A stretch of 64,000 nucleotides of DNA, from positions 4,154,001 to 4,218,000 of the forward strand of contig MU063048.1 of assembly GCA_013265495.1 (NCBI GenBank), in the 5' to 3' direction. Under the pieces are notes generated by a model, which did no database searches, was not told the DNA's origin, and saw only the letters and a program-made list of their open reading frames with translations. This stretch comes from Vicugna vicugna (taxonomy: Eukaryota). Shown piece after piece: positions 49,771 through 60,598 of this stretch. Made by a program: the position numbers and the translations under genes. The number at the start of each line of letters is the position of its first letter. The first letter of the stretch is position 1.

Positions 49771-49833
49771 GAGCTGGTGAGGGAGATGGTGGACGCCGAC
49801 GTGGAGCTCATGAGGACCAACCCCAACGCCTGA
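49771..49833 (+). CDS. GMDS: GDP-mannose 4,6-dehydratase, last coding exon with stop
   Basis: Translates to [20 protein letters not shown], the recognisable GMDS C-terminus. TGA at 49831-49833. Confidence 0.97.
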   Translation, partial: ELVREMVDADVELMRTNPNA

Positions 49834-50070
49834 GCGCCCCGCGATGCTCGATGCTTGATGCCCGCTCCCCACGCCCGGACCGACCGGCCGGCGCCGCCGA
49901 GGTTTGCAGCAGCCGGGACGTGGCTCCGGTTTGCCCACTTCCCTTTCTCCGAGGCCTCCTCTGATTGGCTTTGGAAATCAAGATGTTTTAATCACAAGTT
50001 CACTTTACTTGAAATTATGTCACTAGACAACAGAAATTGTGGGGCTTTCAAATGATTTTTCTCGTTTCTT

Positions 50071-50076
50071 ATTAAA
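50071..50076 (+). terminator. GMDS: Probable GMDS polyadenylation signal (ATTAAA), giving a 3'UTR of about 260 nt
   Basis: First AWTAAA hexamer after the stop, in an AT-rich patch. The cleavage site is not directly observable. Confidence 0.6.
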
Positions 50077-51197
50077 AATGGCCTTTCTGTGAACCAGCAT
50101 TAACACAGTCCCTGTCTTCACAAGTTACAAAAGCAGGACCCGAGAATCCCAAAAGAAAACAACCCAACCATGCCTTGGAGTGAAGTGGCTCCTTCTGCAG
50201 GAGCCCCTGCCAGTCCTCCTCTGTGCCTGCGACGGCGCTTTCCAGTCCTGGTGACAATAAGCCACTGTGCGGCTTATCTGGAAACCCAGGTCCTGCAGAA
50301 AGGCGGCATTCACACCCCTCACACCGGCTCTGGTCCCTGCGACTGTCATTAGAACCCACGGGGCTCACACAATCCCAAAAGAAGGCTTGAGAAGCAGAGG
50401 GCGTTAGGATAAGGAACTTGAAGGAGGGTAAATACTGCTGGAAGATTCCATGCCAGGCCCCGGGCTACCCACGCCTTTGCTTGCGGTCTCCAGTCTTACA
50501 CGCGAGACTCCCTTCAAACCTCTTCTCAGTACTAGATTGCTCTTTGAGTCTAATTTTGATTTAGTCGCTCAACCTGTTTATATTAAGTGCCTAATATATG
50601 CCAGACAGCATGCAGGTGAACTGCGTCAGGTTAATCAGAAATCCGGGTTCCCCGAGCGCATCCTTCAGGAGCCTGGCTTGGACCTTATGTGTCCGGCCTG
50701 TCTGTACAGCTTCAGGCAGGTGGACACACGCGCAGGACCCCTCTGCATCGAGCAAGGGTTTGTGTGCGGGTAGAAACCGCTGCATGAAATGCAGCATCTT
50801 GCCCCAGAACAAATTAGGTCAGGACTCTCTCCCCCTCCCTCCCCCTGCAAGGAAAGTAAAACTTTACGGCAAATGGAATTCCAGCCTTTGCACATGCTCC
50901 TGTGAGTGCAGCTGAACTATTTCTGAATGTCTTCAGAGGCAGGTTTATGATCCTGGGAGGACCCAGGCTCCAGCGGCTGGTGCAGGAAAGAGGGCTCTTT
51001 GTGTGGTTGCCCCAGTTGCTGTGAAAGCCTGCCGGCCAGGGGCGGCCAGGGCTCCGGTGGAGCAGAACTGGGGGCCTGAGCGGGCCCACCCGGTCTCAGG
51101 AGCTGCCCCGGGACGGGCCTTCTCCCAGCCGGGATGCTGCTAATTGGAAACAGATGGTCCCTGAAAGGCTGGGCCCCAGGACTAGGCGGGCTGGTGG

Positions 51198-51410
51198 GCG
51201 CGCGCGCACACACACGCACACAGGCACACACACAGGCGCGCGCATGCACACACACAGTCACACACAGTCATACACAGCCACACAGTCACGGTCACACAGA
51301 TACACAGTCATACACACAAGCACACACACACACACAGGCACACACACTCACAAACCTCACCAGTACATACACACACACTCCCCTCAGCCTTCACCTGCTA
51401 CATACACAGG
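51198..51410. repeat. (CG)n/(CA)n-rich degenerate microsatellite
   Basis: gcgcgcgcgcacacacacgcacaca followed by about 190 nt of imperfect CA repeats. Confidence 0.9.
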
Positions 51411-52759
51411 CACCCTCCTCTTCCTCTGACCCCTCGGCCCACACCCGCACCGCAGGAGGCCCCACTCCAGCGTGTCCCAGTGAGGACAGGAGAGGGTCAA
51501 GCAGGGGGTTAATGGGGCTCCAGTGTCACCTCGGTGTTACATTATTCTTCTCAAAACGGCCTGGAGCATCGGTTTGAAGGAGACAAGAAGTGTTTGTGGT
51601 GGCAGTCTCCTCTCTACTCCGGCATCCGCGATGTCATCCGCGATGGGGCAGGACGGGCATTGGCTTCCTGGCCTCCCTGTGTGTGCTTGAAAGGAGAAAA
51701 AGGAGATTGGAGTCTTTCTGTGCTTGCTTCCTGGGCTGTGAACTTCCTCTGGATCTCCTTCCAGACAATTTTTATTAAAGGGTTTCTTCTACTTTGAATC
51801 TCAACTCAGTGTCACTGAACTTATTTCCTCCTTTTTGCTGCTCTGCCAACTTTGACTATTCATTTTAGGGGAGATTAAAACATCTTCCACCTTGATCTTT
51901 AAAGTAAAAACTAAGAAGGTTAAAATAAACTCCAGTACCCAAACGTGAGAGCGATGCAGTCAGGCCTCACACTCCTGCCTGAGGTGCGCAGCGAGGCGCC
52001 TGGGTCCCTGGGCAGTGCTGGTGGCAGTGTGCATCAGACTTGCCTTCCAAAGTGTGGTGGGCTGCATGCTGTCCTTTGTTAAGGAGTTAGGAGGGAGCTA
52101 GGCCCAGCCCGTAAACCTGACGCACTCCACATCTGTCTGCAGCGGAAACAGGCAGCGCAGGCTGCCGCCCTTGCAGGGAGGTGCACACACGATGGCTCCT
52201 TGGGAAAGCGGAGGCTGGGCTCTTGGCGGGCCAGTACAGACTCCAGTGCAGGGTCCTCGCGGGGTCCTTTAACCCTCGCTCCCAACACCGAGCACAGGCC
52301 GCGCAGACCCTGGCCCCATGAACGAGACCTTCCCTGTGCTCCTAAAGCTTGTGGCTGGAGGCAACACCTCAAAATTTCCTTTGAAAATAACCCTAAGTGC
52401 ATTGTTCACAACTTTCTAAGCCCCGAGAAAAAGCCTTAAAGCACTCAGGCACCTTGTTTGTACTGGGAATTCCTGCCTGGCATTCTCAGTTTTAAGATGT
52501 GTCGCCATAAGTCCAAGTTCACAAGTCATCTGTTTTTCAGGACCCGCAGCTCCCGCAGTCCGTGCACGGCTTGGGGCAGGGTCGTTGGGAGTTCTACCAG
52601 AAGTGTGTGTGTTTGTATGACACAGGTCCCAAAGTGCCACCCTCGCCTCTCCCAAACGGGTAGGTTTTAATCAGCAGGGTGCCGAGGGGTCACACACAGC
52701 AGCCACAGCTGGGCTGCAAAGCCACGCCAAGCACTGCCTGCCCCCTGCCATCCAGTGTC

Positions 52760-54380
52760 CCCTTTACGACGGTCTGGCGCAGCTGCCCTGCCCCGAGCGT
52801 CCGGAGGCCAGGCTACCCGCGCACACCCTGGCGCGCCCGGCACCAGGGGGCCGTGCCACCAGAATTAGCCCGCGTCTCTCTCTCGTGCCATTTTGGGTCC
52901 TTGGCCGGAGAGGCCGCCTCTGCCCCCTCAGGCCCGTCACGGGGTGCCCGCCGGCCGCCGGAGGCTGTCCCAAGGCCCCGTCCCCAGCACGACGGCAGGC
53001 CCCCACCCACCCTCACCCGTTCCCTCGGACGGGGCGTCTCTGCTGGGAGGCCGGCGACCGCGGCCCGACCCCAGGCCCCGGCTCCCGCCCTTCCTGCAGG
53101 GTCAGGGGTCGCACGCAGCCGACACCCCGCTCTCAGCTGCCCGCTTTGATCTCTGGACTCGGGCCCGGAGCCCGGCGCGGAAGCCGCTGCACTGGGCCCG
53201 CCGAGCTGTTGGGCCGAGGAGCCCCGACGCGGACGCGGGGTCCCGGGCGGGCGCGCGTGCCCCACTCGCGGCTCCGCCGCCTCCGGAGGGACCCGGACGG
53301 CAACCTCAGGGAACTGACCGCGCGCATGCGCCGGCCGCGCGCCCCTCCCCCATGCGCCGGCCGCGCGCCCCGCCCCCGGCCCGGGCGGCGGGACCCCGCG
53401 CACGTGTCCCCGTGCCCAGCCTCGCGCGCCCCGGGCCCGAGCGCGGGCGGGAGCCAAGGACGCGATGGAAAACTGTGGTTAAGAAAATCAGGCACGGCCC
53501 AGCCCTGGCCCCGTCCAGGCGCCAGTGAGCGAGGGGACGGCGCTCGGAAGGGCCGAGGCCCAAAACTCCGATCAGGTGGGTGGGTGAACTGGGGGAGGCA
53601 GCTGCAGTGGGGCCTCCAGCGACCGACGGCCGCCCCGACGGGAGACGCTGGGCCCGGGCCAGGGTGAGGTGGCCGCACCGCCTGAGGCCTGCCTGGGGCT
53701 GGAGCGGCCGCTCGGGCTCGGGAGTGTATATTTGGAAGGGGTCAGGACCTCGGCTTGAGTTTGGCTTTTTATGGCGAGGAGGCCGCCAGGGAAGGGCCGT
53801 CTGGCGGGGCCTTCCTGCAGTGCCACTTCTCCCTGGCAGCTCGGCGCGGAGGGAGTCCTGGTCCCGGCGGCGGCGCCCCCGCTCCTCTGACCCTGCCCCG
53901 CGGACCCGTCCTGAAAAGCTGCGCTGCGTCGGGTTGACTCTTGGTCACCGAACACTCTGGAAACCACTGCCCGGCACCTCCCGCTACTCCGCGCAGGAAG
54001 CGCCCGCGGGGGCCAGGGCTGAGCCTGGGCTGTCAGCCCTCGCGTTCTCTCCGGGACTGTCTCGCACGCAGACAGCCCGGGGCCGTGGCAGCCACCGTGG
54101 CCCCTCCACCGCCTCTCGCTGGGACCGAGCGGCTGGCAGCGAGGCCCGGACACTGCCCGCGTGCGTCCTCCGGCATCATCACAAAAATCCTCCCCGGGAC
54201 GGACTGCTCGGAAGCCCCCGCGGCCTCTGCTGTCCGGGGCGCCCCGGCTCCCCAGTGGCCCCGAGGCGGCTCCGACCGGCCCTGAACCCTGGCGCTGCGC
54301 GCCGGGCGCGGGAGGCTCGGACCGGCCCCGCAGCCTCAGGGACGCCCGCTGGGTGCCGCCGGGGCCTGGGATGTCGCACT
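52760..54380. promoter_or_regulatory. Intergenic (orphan) CpG island between GMDS and FOXC1
   Basis: Long run of CpG-dense sequence with no credible coding content. Confidence 0.75.
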
Positions 54381-57300
54381 AGTCAGAGGACAGCGTTGTC
54401 GTTTTTTCCTCCACTGGCAGATTTTTAAGAATCCGATCCACCGCCTAAACACGTGCTGGCCACCCCTGTCCGGTTGGTACATCTGTAGCCATTAACAAGA
54501 CCCCACGCAGCCTCCGGGCCCAATGACCTGCTTTTACACTGAAGGAAATGCAGGGCCTTAAGAGTTAATGGCGCTAAATGTGTTGGTTTTCCTGCTCTTC
54601 CCCCGGGTCATGAGGGAGGGAGGGTGTCTGTCTCTTCTCTCTCTCCCTCTCTCTGTGTGATCTAAACCATCCTCAAAGCACTAGAGGAAACTCCTTCACC
54701 CCCCAACCTCCAGTTCTGTGTCCCCGTCCCCGCGGAGCCTGGCAGTGGCCTCCTCCTTCTCTAGGCCATGCCTGGGGTCCCACCACCCAGGTCAATGGAG
54801 AGGCCCCTCCGCCAGCTCTGGCGGCCTGCCTACTGCTCACTCCTGCAAACGCCCAGGGCCACCCAAGTAGCACCAGGCTGTGTTGACTTGGGGGGGGGGC
54901 AAAGGAGCAGCCCACCCAGCGTCCTTCCTGGGAGTGACCTGCCAGTGCAGCCAGGGAAAGGGGACAGGCAGTGGGCATGGAGGAACCCAAAGGCTCCCAG
55001 AGAAAGAAGATGCTCTTCGAGAGAAAAGCGGGAGGTGCCATCTGGAAGAGCAGAGACCTGGGGAAGCACCTCTGAGCTTCAGTCACCCAGCCTACCGCAG
55101 TGGGGAGACTCGGAGCAGAAAGCAAGGCGAAGCCCTCTCTTGGGACCAGGCAGGCTGGCCTCCCCTGTCCTGTGTCTCTTCCAGGAGCTCCACCCTTCTC
55201 TCCTGTCTGAAGGCTCCCTGACCTCTAGTGAGGAAATCCCAGATCCCATGGCAACCCTGCGATATGCTCAATATGCTGCAAGTCTGAAATCAGTGAGGGA
55301 AAACGTCACGTCAACAACAACAGGATAATGGAAAGCAGAGGGCTTCTTCGGTGCTGGGGAGAGATGGGAGGGGGCGCAGCAGAGGTCTTCCGCTGGCCTT
55401 ATGCTCCCTGCGCCATATTTTGGTTTCCAATAAGGCGGACATGGTACATTTGGCTCAATTTTCCACTACTAATCACGTTGAGAATGTCCTGGAGAAGCGG
55501 CTTTCATTCTCCTGAACAGAGTTTGGAGCTGGAATTCCTTGGATTAAGGACTGTTCCTTTCCCAGCCGGACTTGGACCCGGAACTGCCAGTGCTGCTGTG
55601 TGGCCCTGTCTGTCCGAGGCCTGAGCACGAGCTCTGGTCATGGCATCCGGTGCAGTGCCGGGTGGGCATGCGTTCCCCTGCGAGGTGGCCCAAGCTGGCT
55701 CGGGGACATCCGGGAGAGGCTTCGGCCCCAAGGCCTTCTGTGGAGGCCTGGGAGGAAGAGGGCGGGAAAAGGCAGGGACAGAGACAGGACAGAAGGGCAG
55801 AGACAGAGAGACACGCGGAACTTAATGATCACGATGGAGTCACACTCGAAAGGGGGAGATGGAGCGAACGGGTGGCAGGCCACAAAGTTCCAGCTACCAA
55901 CACAGAGCCCAAATAACGAAGGAAGACCGAAAATGCCATTAATAAAAAGCTCTTTGCGAGGGTCATCTTGACCTCCTTGTAACTGAAATAGGAGCTTTCA
56001 GAAAAATGGGGGTTTTGAAACCAGCATTTAGCCCCCTAGCAAATGTCAGCGGGCTTTCTCTCCATCCATGGCCACCGTGTGACTCAATCAGGCTTTGCCC
56101 TGCTGGAGCCTCCTGAGCTCAGGGCTTCCTGGCCTCTGCCCCCCCTCCTGTCACAACTCATGGGGTGAACACTGTTATGGTCTCTCTGTCCCTTTTCTCC
56201 CCTTCTGCCCGCCTTCCCCCAAAGCTCCCTGCTTGGCTGAAGAACGCCCGGCAGAATGGGATTCTGTCCTGCCGGGCCAGCGTTATTCCATGGCCACCAT
56301 CAATCTTGACCCTAAAGCGACATTTGTTTATGACTGGGTGGGGAGGGCTAATGGCTTCGCGAGCAGCTCTGCAAAATGAGTCGACAGGAGTCTAAAGAGG
56401 AGGCCTTGAGACAGCCGGTGGGACCCAGTGGTGGGAACTGGGCTCAGAAGCAAGTGGGGCTCCTCTCCAGAAGCTCCAAGATGTGGGTTGGGGATCAGAA
56501 GAAACTGTCACTCCAGCTGCCACTAACAGCATGGGAGAAGGAACACTGCTGGGTGTTAGGGCCCTGTGGGTGCCTCCCGTCCCTCCTGGGCAGCCCAGCC
56601 AGGCAGCCTGGACCAGCAGAGACTTTGGGGCCTCTCTGGGGTTTTGCACCATTAAGAACAAAACAAACGGCTCTCCACCTGAAAAACTGAGACCCTTCCA
56701 CAGGGAACAGGATGGGAGAGAAAAGGTCCTATGTCCCTTCTCCACCTATCAAAGTTCCCGGGCGCCATAGGGCTGTGAGGCACTCTTGTTTCCTGACCCT
56801 TGTTTCTGACCCCGCAGGAAACAGCAAAGAGCTTACGGGCCACCAGCACAATCGAGCCTTATTCCCCTGCAAACGCCGATTATTAATGACACATACTGTG
56901 TGGCATGATAAATTGTAAAATGCATGCTTGTTTGCATGCAGCCTGTTGGAAAGGGCCTGCTAACGACATAACCCTGGAGAGCAGCACCCACCAGGTGTGC
57001 TTGGATGTGGCACACTACGCACTGGCGTTGCCTGCTCATGGTGGAACTCGCTAAGAAGTGCCCACTGCCACATAGGAGACAAAACACTCTTCTAAAGCTT
57101 TCTACAGAGGCTGACTTCAAAATCAGCACAGTCCCCCAGCTGGGTCCTGTCTGGTGTCCCAGGCTAATTTCAAAATTTGTTAAAATATCAAGGAGTTTTT
57201 CTTAGAATATTCTTACAGCAAAACTACCCTTGTTGCTACCAAAGGTACAAATGAAACACTCAAAGCACTAGGGGATAAATAATGCTCAGCAAGGAATAAG

Positions 57301-57599
57301 GCGTCTCAGGCTGGCAGGAGTTGGTTTTTCTTGAACTGGGAATGAGAATCCAAAAACAAACGTCCTGATAGTAGAGAACGTCACCTAAGTGGTTCTAAGA
57401 ATCAGCTTAATGAGCAGAAACTTACGACCTCCCACTCAAGCACAGCCTCTGAACAATGAGGTAGAAATAACTCCTTTCTCCAGATTCTAGTATAACTCAA
57501 ACACCTTCCTAGACGCAGGTCCTAAAGGCCTAATTTTCAAACGCTGGAATCCAAGAAGGCAAAAATGATTGCCAAGAGGTTTCCAGGCGAGCGCTTAAA

Positions 57600-58830
57600 A
57601 CACTCTCCCGGCTGCAGCAGCGAGGGCCCCTCTCGTAAGGGCTCCTCCTCGAAGCTGAGCGCTCCTGCCGGGCTCCCATTCCAGCCGCCGAGACTCGCGG
57701 CCCAGAAAGGGCCGGCCCGGGTCGGAAGCGCCCTCCAGGACCAGCCGGGCCTCTCCTGCGCGCCGGCCCCGATCGCAGCCCACCCTCGCCGCGCCGCCCG
57801 AGTTCCCAGCGCGGGGCTGGGCCTAGGCCGGGCCGCCGAGGCCGCGGGGACGTGGAGGGTCTCGGGCCAGAGGATCCGACCGGCCGGCCCCGCCGCCCGC
57901 GCGGCCACTCCCGGTGACCCGTGGCCTCCGCAAACCGAGCGCACACGCCGCGCGAAGACGCGGCCGGCCGGGGCGGCCCAGCGCCGCGGGGCAGGGGGAC
58001 CGGGCGGGCCGGGGCCCTCCGGGCGCCGGGAGCAGCGCCCGCCGTGGCCCCTCCGCCGGGCGGCCGCGCTCCTGCACACACGTGCGTCTTCAAAACAAAG
58101 GCGGCGGGCGCGGCGCGGAGCCGGAGCCCAGAGCCACGCGGAGCCCCGGGGTCAGGCCCGCCGGCGGCGCCCCTGGTTCCCTCCTCCGCCCGCGGCTCCC
58201 GCCGCCTTGCCCAGAGCGCGGTCGTCCCGGCGCCAAGACCCGGCCCGCTACTAGCCCGCCTCTCTCCTGCCGCCCCCCGGGTCGGGGAGGAGGCAGGCGT
58301 GCAGAGGGGCGCGGGCGCGTCATTCCCCTAATTAACCGGGGAGCGTCCGGCCCCGGAGGCGGGCGTCGGGTCGCGGAGACGCGCCCCAGCCGGAAAGCCC
58401 GGGTGGCCCGAGCCCGCACCGCCAGCCCCCACTCGGGAAAGGGGACCAACTACGGCAGAAAGTGCGAGCTCCCGTTGCCGGCGCAGCGCGCCTTGGGGCC
58501 CGGCCTCGTCTGGGGGGACAGGGCCGCTGGTCACCTGCTGCAGCCGCTTCTCTCCGGGCCTGGCCAGCCCAGCTCCCGCCACCGTCCCTTTGTCCGCAAA
58601 CCCCGCTCCGCGCGGGGCTAACAAAAGTGCGCGGCCGCGAGCAGGACGACATTTGTCGGCGGACCCTTCCCCTTCCCAGCCCGCAGGGTGCACCTGGGAA
58701 GCGCGAGGCCGCCTTTGCCCAGGGCTCCGACTCCGGGCGGTTGGCGCCGCAGGAAGGCCGCTCCAGGCCGCTTGCCCCGGGGGACACCGGCTGCGAGGCT
58801 GCGGCTGTGAGTCAGGGACCCAGCAAATCA
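57600..58830. promoter_or_regulatory. CpG island immediately downstream of the FOXC1 3' end
   Basis: CpG-dense block bounded by AT-rich sequence on both sides. Confidence 0.75.
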
Positions 58831-58869
58831 GAGGCCACGTAGAGCAGTTTTTGACTGAAGTAGAGTGTA

Positions 58870-58875
58870 TTTATT
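58870..58875 (-). terminator. FOXC1: Probable distal FOXC1 polyadenylation signal (AATAAA)
   Basis: TTTATT on the + strand at the edge of the AT-rich block, just before sequence turns GC-rich. The minus strand reads ...gcaAATAAAtacactctacttcagtca. Confidence 0.6.
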
Positions 58876-60029
58876 TGCAGCAATCCTTTAACAATGATCA
58901 AATTTTGACAACAAGCAACAGCAATTACTGCTAAGTGTTGCCTCTAGATCGGAGCGGCAGATAGCAGGAAACTGTATTATCTCGAAAACAAACGGAAAGG
59001 CCCTGAAAGTCTGTAATCAAATCGCCATCTCCCTAAAGTCTGATTGACAGGGCAGATCACCCTAAGATAATGAATTTATTACATTTCCTGGGTTATTTAC
59101 AAGGGGGGGAGGGCCAATCCGGATTGCCCCCTAGGTTTAACTGTAAATTAACAAGAAAAATCGGGTTGAAAAGAAACCACCTGGACTAAAATGCTCTGCT
59201 CTTTCCTCCTTCTTGTTTTCGCTTTAAATCTTTTTCAGAAAATAACTGCTCTACAAACATATCTTCTAAAATAGGCTCCCAAAGATTAAATATCCCTTTC
59301 CAACCCACAGTACATTTTTTAAAAAGTCAATCCTTCTACGTAAGACATGAAGGCTAGTAAATGTGGATGATATACATACATTTAAAAACTGGTTTATTTT
59401 TCCTCTTAAAAGGAGGGAAATTAATAGGAAAAAATCCATCCAGCATTTGGCTCCCCGAGACGTGTAATACACATCGCAGGTTTGTTTGTTTGCTTTTATG
59501 TGATATGCAAGCCAAATATTCATCTGTGTATCTGGACTCAGTCCTCTCTCTCCACACACAGGTATCACTGTGGCAAGACTGCTGCTGATTCATGGGCTTA
59601 AAATTTCCAAGTCATGTGCTCATTACTGAGAAAATGCATTTGTGTATATGCTAACTCAGATCTGTTTAGGAAAATACCTTTTACTAGCCACAAAGCAAGC
59701 TGACTATACAGTACATTTTGCAGAAGGTGCTGCCGGAAAAAAAAAGTCTAAACAAGAAGAGACTTTCATGTAAAATTTGGCAAGGAGTAGTCAGAGGGCT
59801 TCTCCGTTTACTCAGAGATTTAGGAGGACAGGTAATTTCTAGTGTTTTAATCTCTGAAATCTTTTTTCTCATGATAATTAAGGCTGTATTAAAGTATCCA
59901 GACATATAGGTCTCATTCAAACTGAATGGTAATTTATTAATAAACAAACAATGAATATGTTCAACAGAAAGAAAGAAAAGATGATAGAATAAGATTAATA
60001 CAGTTTCCCTTTTTATAATGAAAAAAAGC

Positions 60030-60185
60030 NNNNNNNNNNNNNNNNNNNNNNNNNNNNNNNNNNNNNNNNNNNNNNNNNNNNNNNNNNNNNNNNNNNNNNN
60101 NNNNNNNNNNNNNNNNNNNNNNNNNNNNNNNNNNNNNNNNNNNNNNNNNNNNNNNNNNNNNNNNNNNNNNNNNNNNNNNNNNNNN
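60030..60185. other. Assembly gap (156 N) in the FOXC1 3'UTR
   Basis: Run of N. Confidence 1.
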
Positions 60186-60598
60186 GGGACCTTCCCCCCT
60201 CCTTTCCACATAGGATTAAGCAATATCTTACAGGTGAGAGGTGAAGGCAGCACGAGAGGAGAGGAGGAGGAACGCGTGCTCTCTGAAAGAAGAAGAAACT
60301 TACGTGTTATCTGGAGTAACACTGTCCTTTAACAAACCATGCCTCTGCGGTCTGTGCAAAACAGTTTACGCTTTTGTTTATTTAGATACGGCAAATTGGG
60401 GGTGGCTCCAAATCCGTCTTTTAAGAAAATGCTTTTCTTCCTGCTGGTGAGTTGGAAGTACGGAGGGACTCTCTTCGCTGGTTTGGTGGACGTTTTTCAA
60501 GTTTTTCAAATTGGGTTTTTTGGTTTCGGTTTTGCATCGAGGATTCTTTGGCTGCTCCTGCTATCGGTTAGGAGGCGGGCGGGGTGGGGGGGATGTTG

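Larger units (their letters stand above)
48860..49950. promoter_or_regulatory. CpG island over the last two GMDS exons
   Basis: Dense CG dinucleotides and visibly very high GC, with a sharp return to AT-rich sequence near 49960. Confidence 0.8.
58850..60598 (-). other. FOXC1: FOXC1 3'UTR (AT-rich, about 1.75 kb, contains an N gap)
   Basis: AT-rich block immediately 3' of the stop. Minus-strand AATAAA at 59933-59938, 59393-59398, 59075-59080 and 58870-58875. The distal one gives a length close to the recalled human UTR. Confidence 0.7.

Noticed and set aside
56921-56940. TGCATGC-ttgttt-GCATGCA inverted repeat with two RBFOX-like TGCATG words
   Set aside because: Intergenic and not near any exon, and a short stem like this is expected by chance.
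35-59600. Hundreds of 60-290 aa ORFs rich in Pro, Gly, Arg and Ala
   Set aside because: Expected from stop-codon scarcity in GC-rich DNA. Many start at non-ATG codons, they overlap in all frames, and I recognised no domain other than L1 relics and GMDS.
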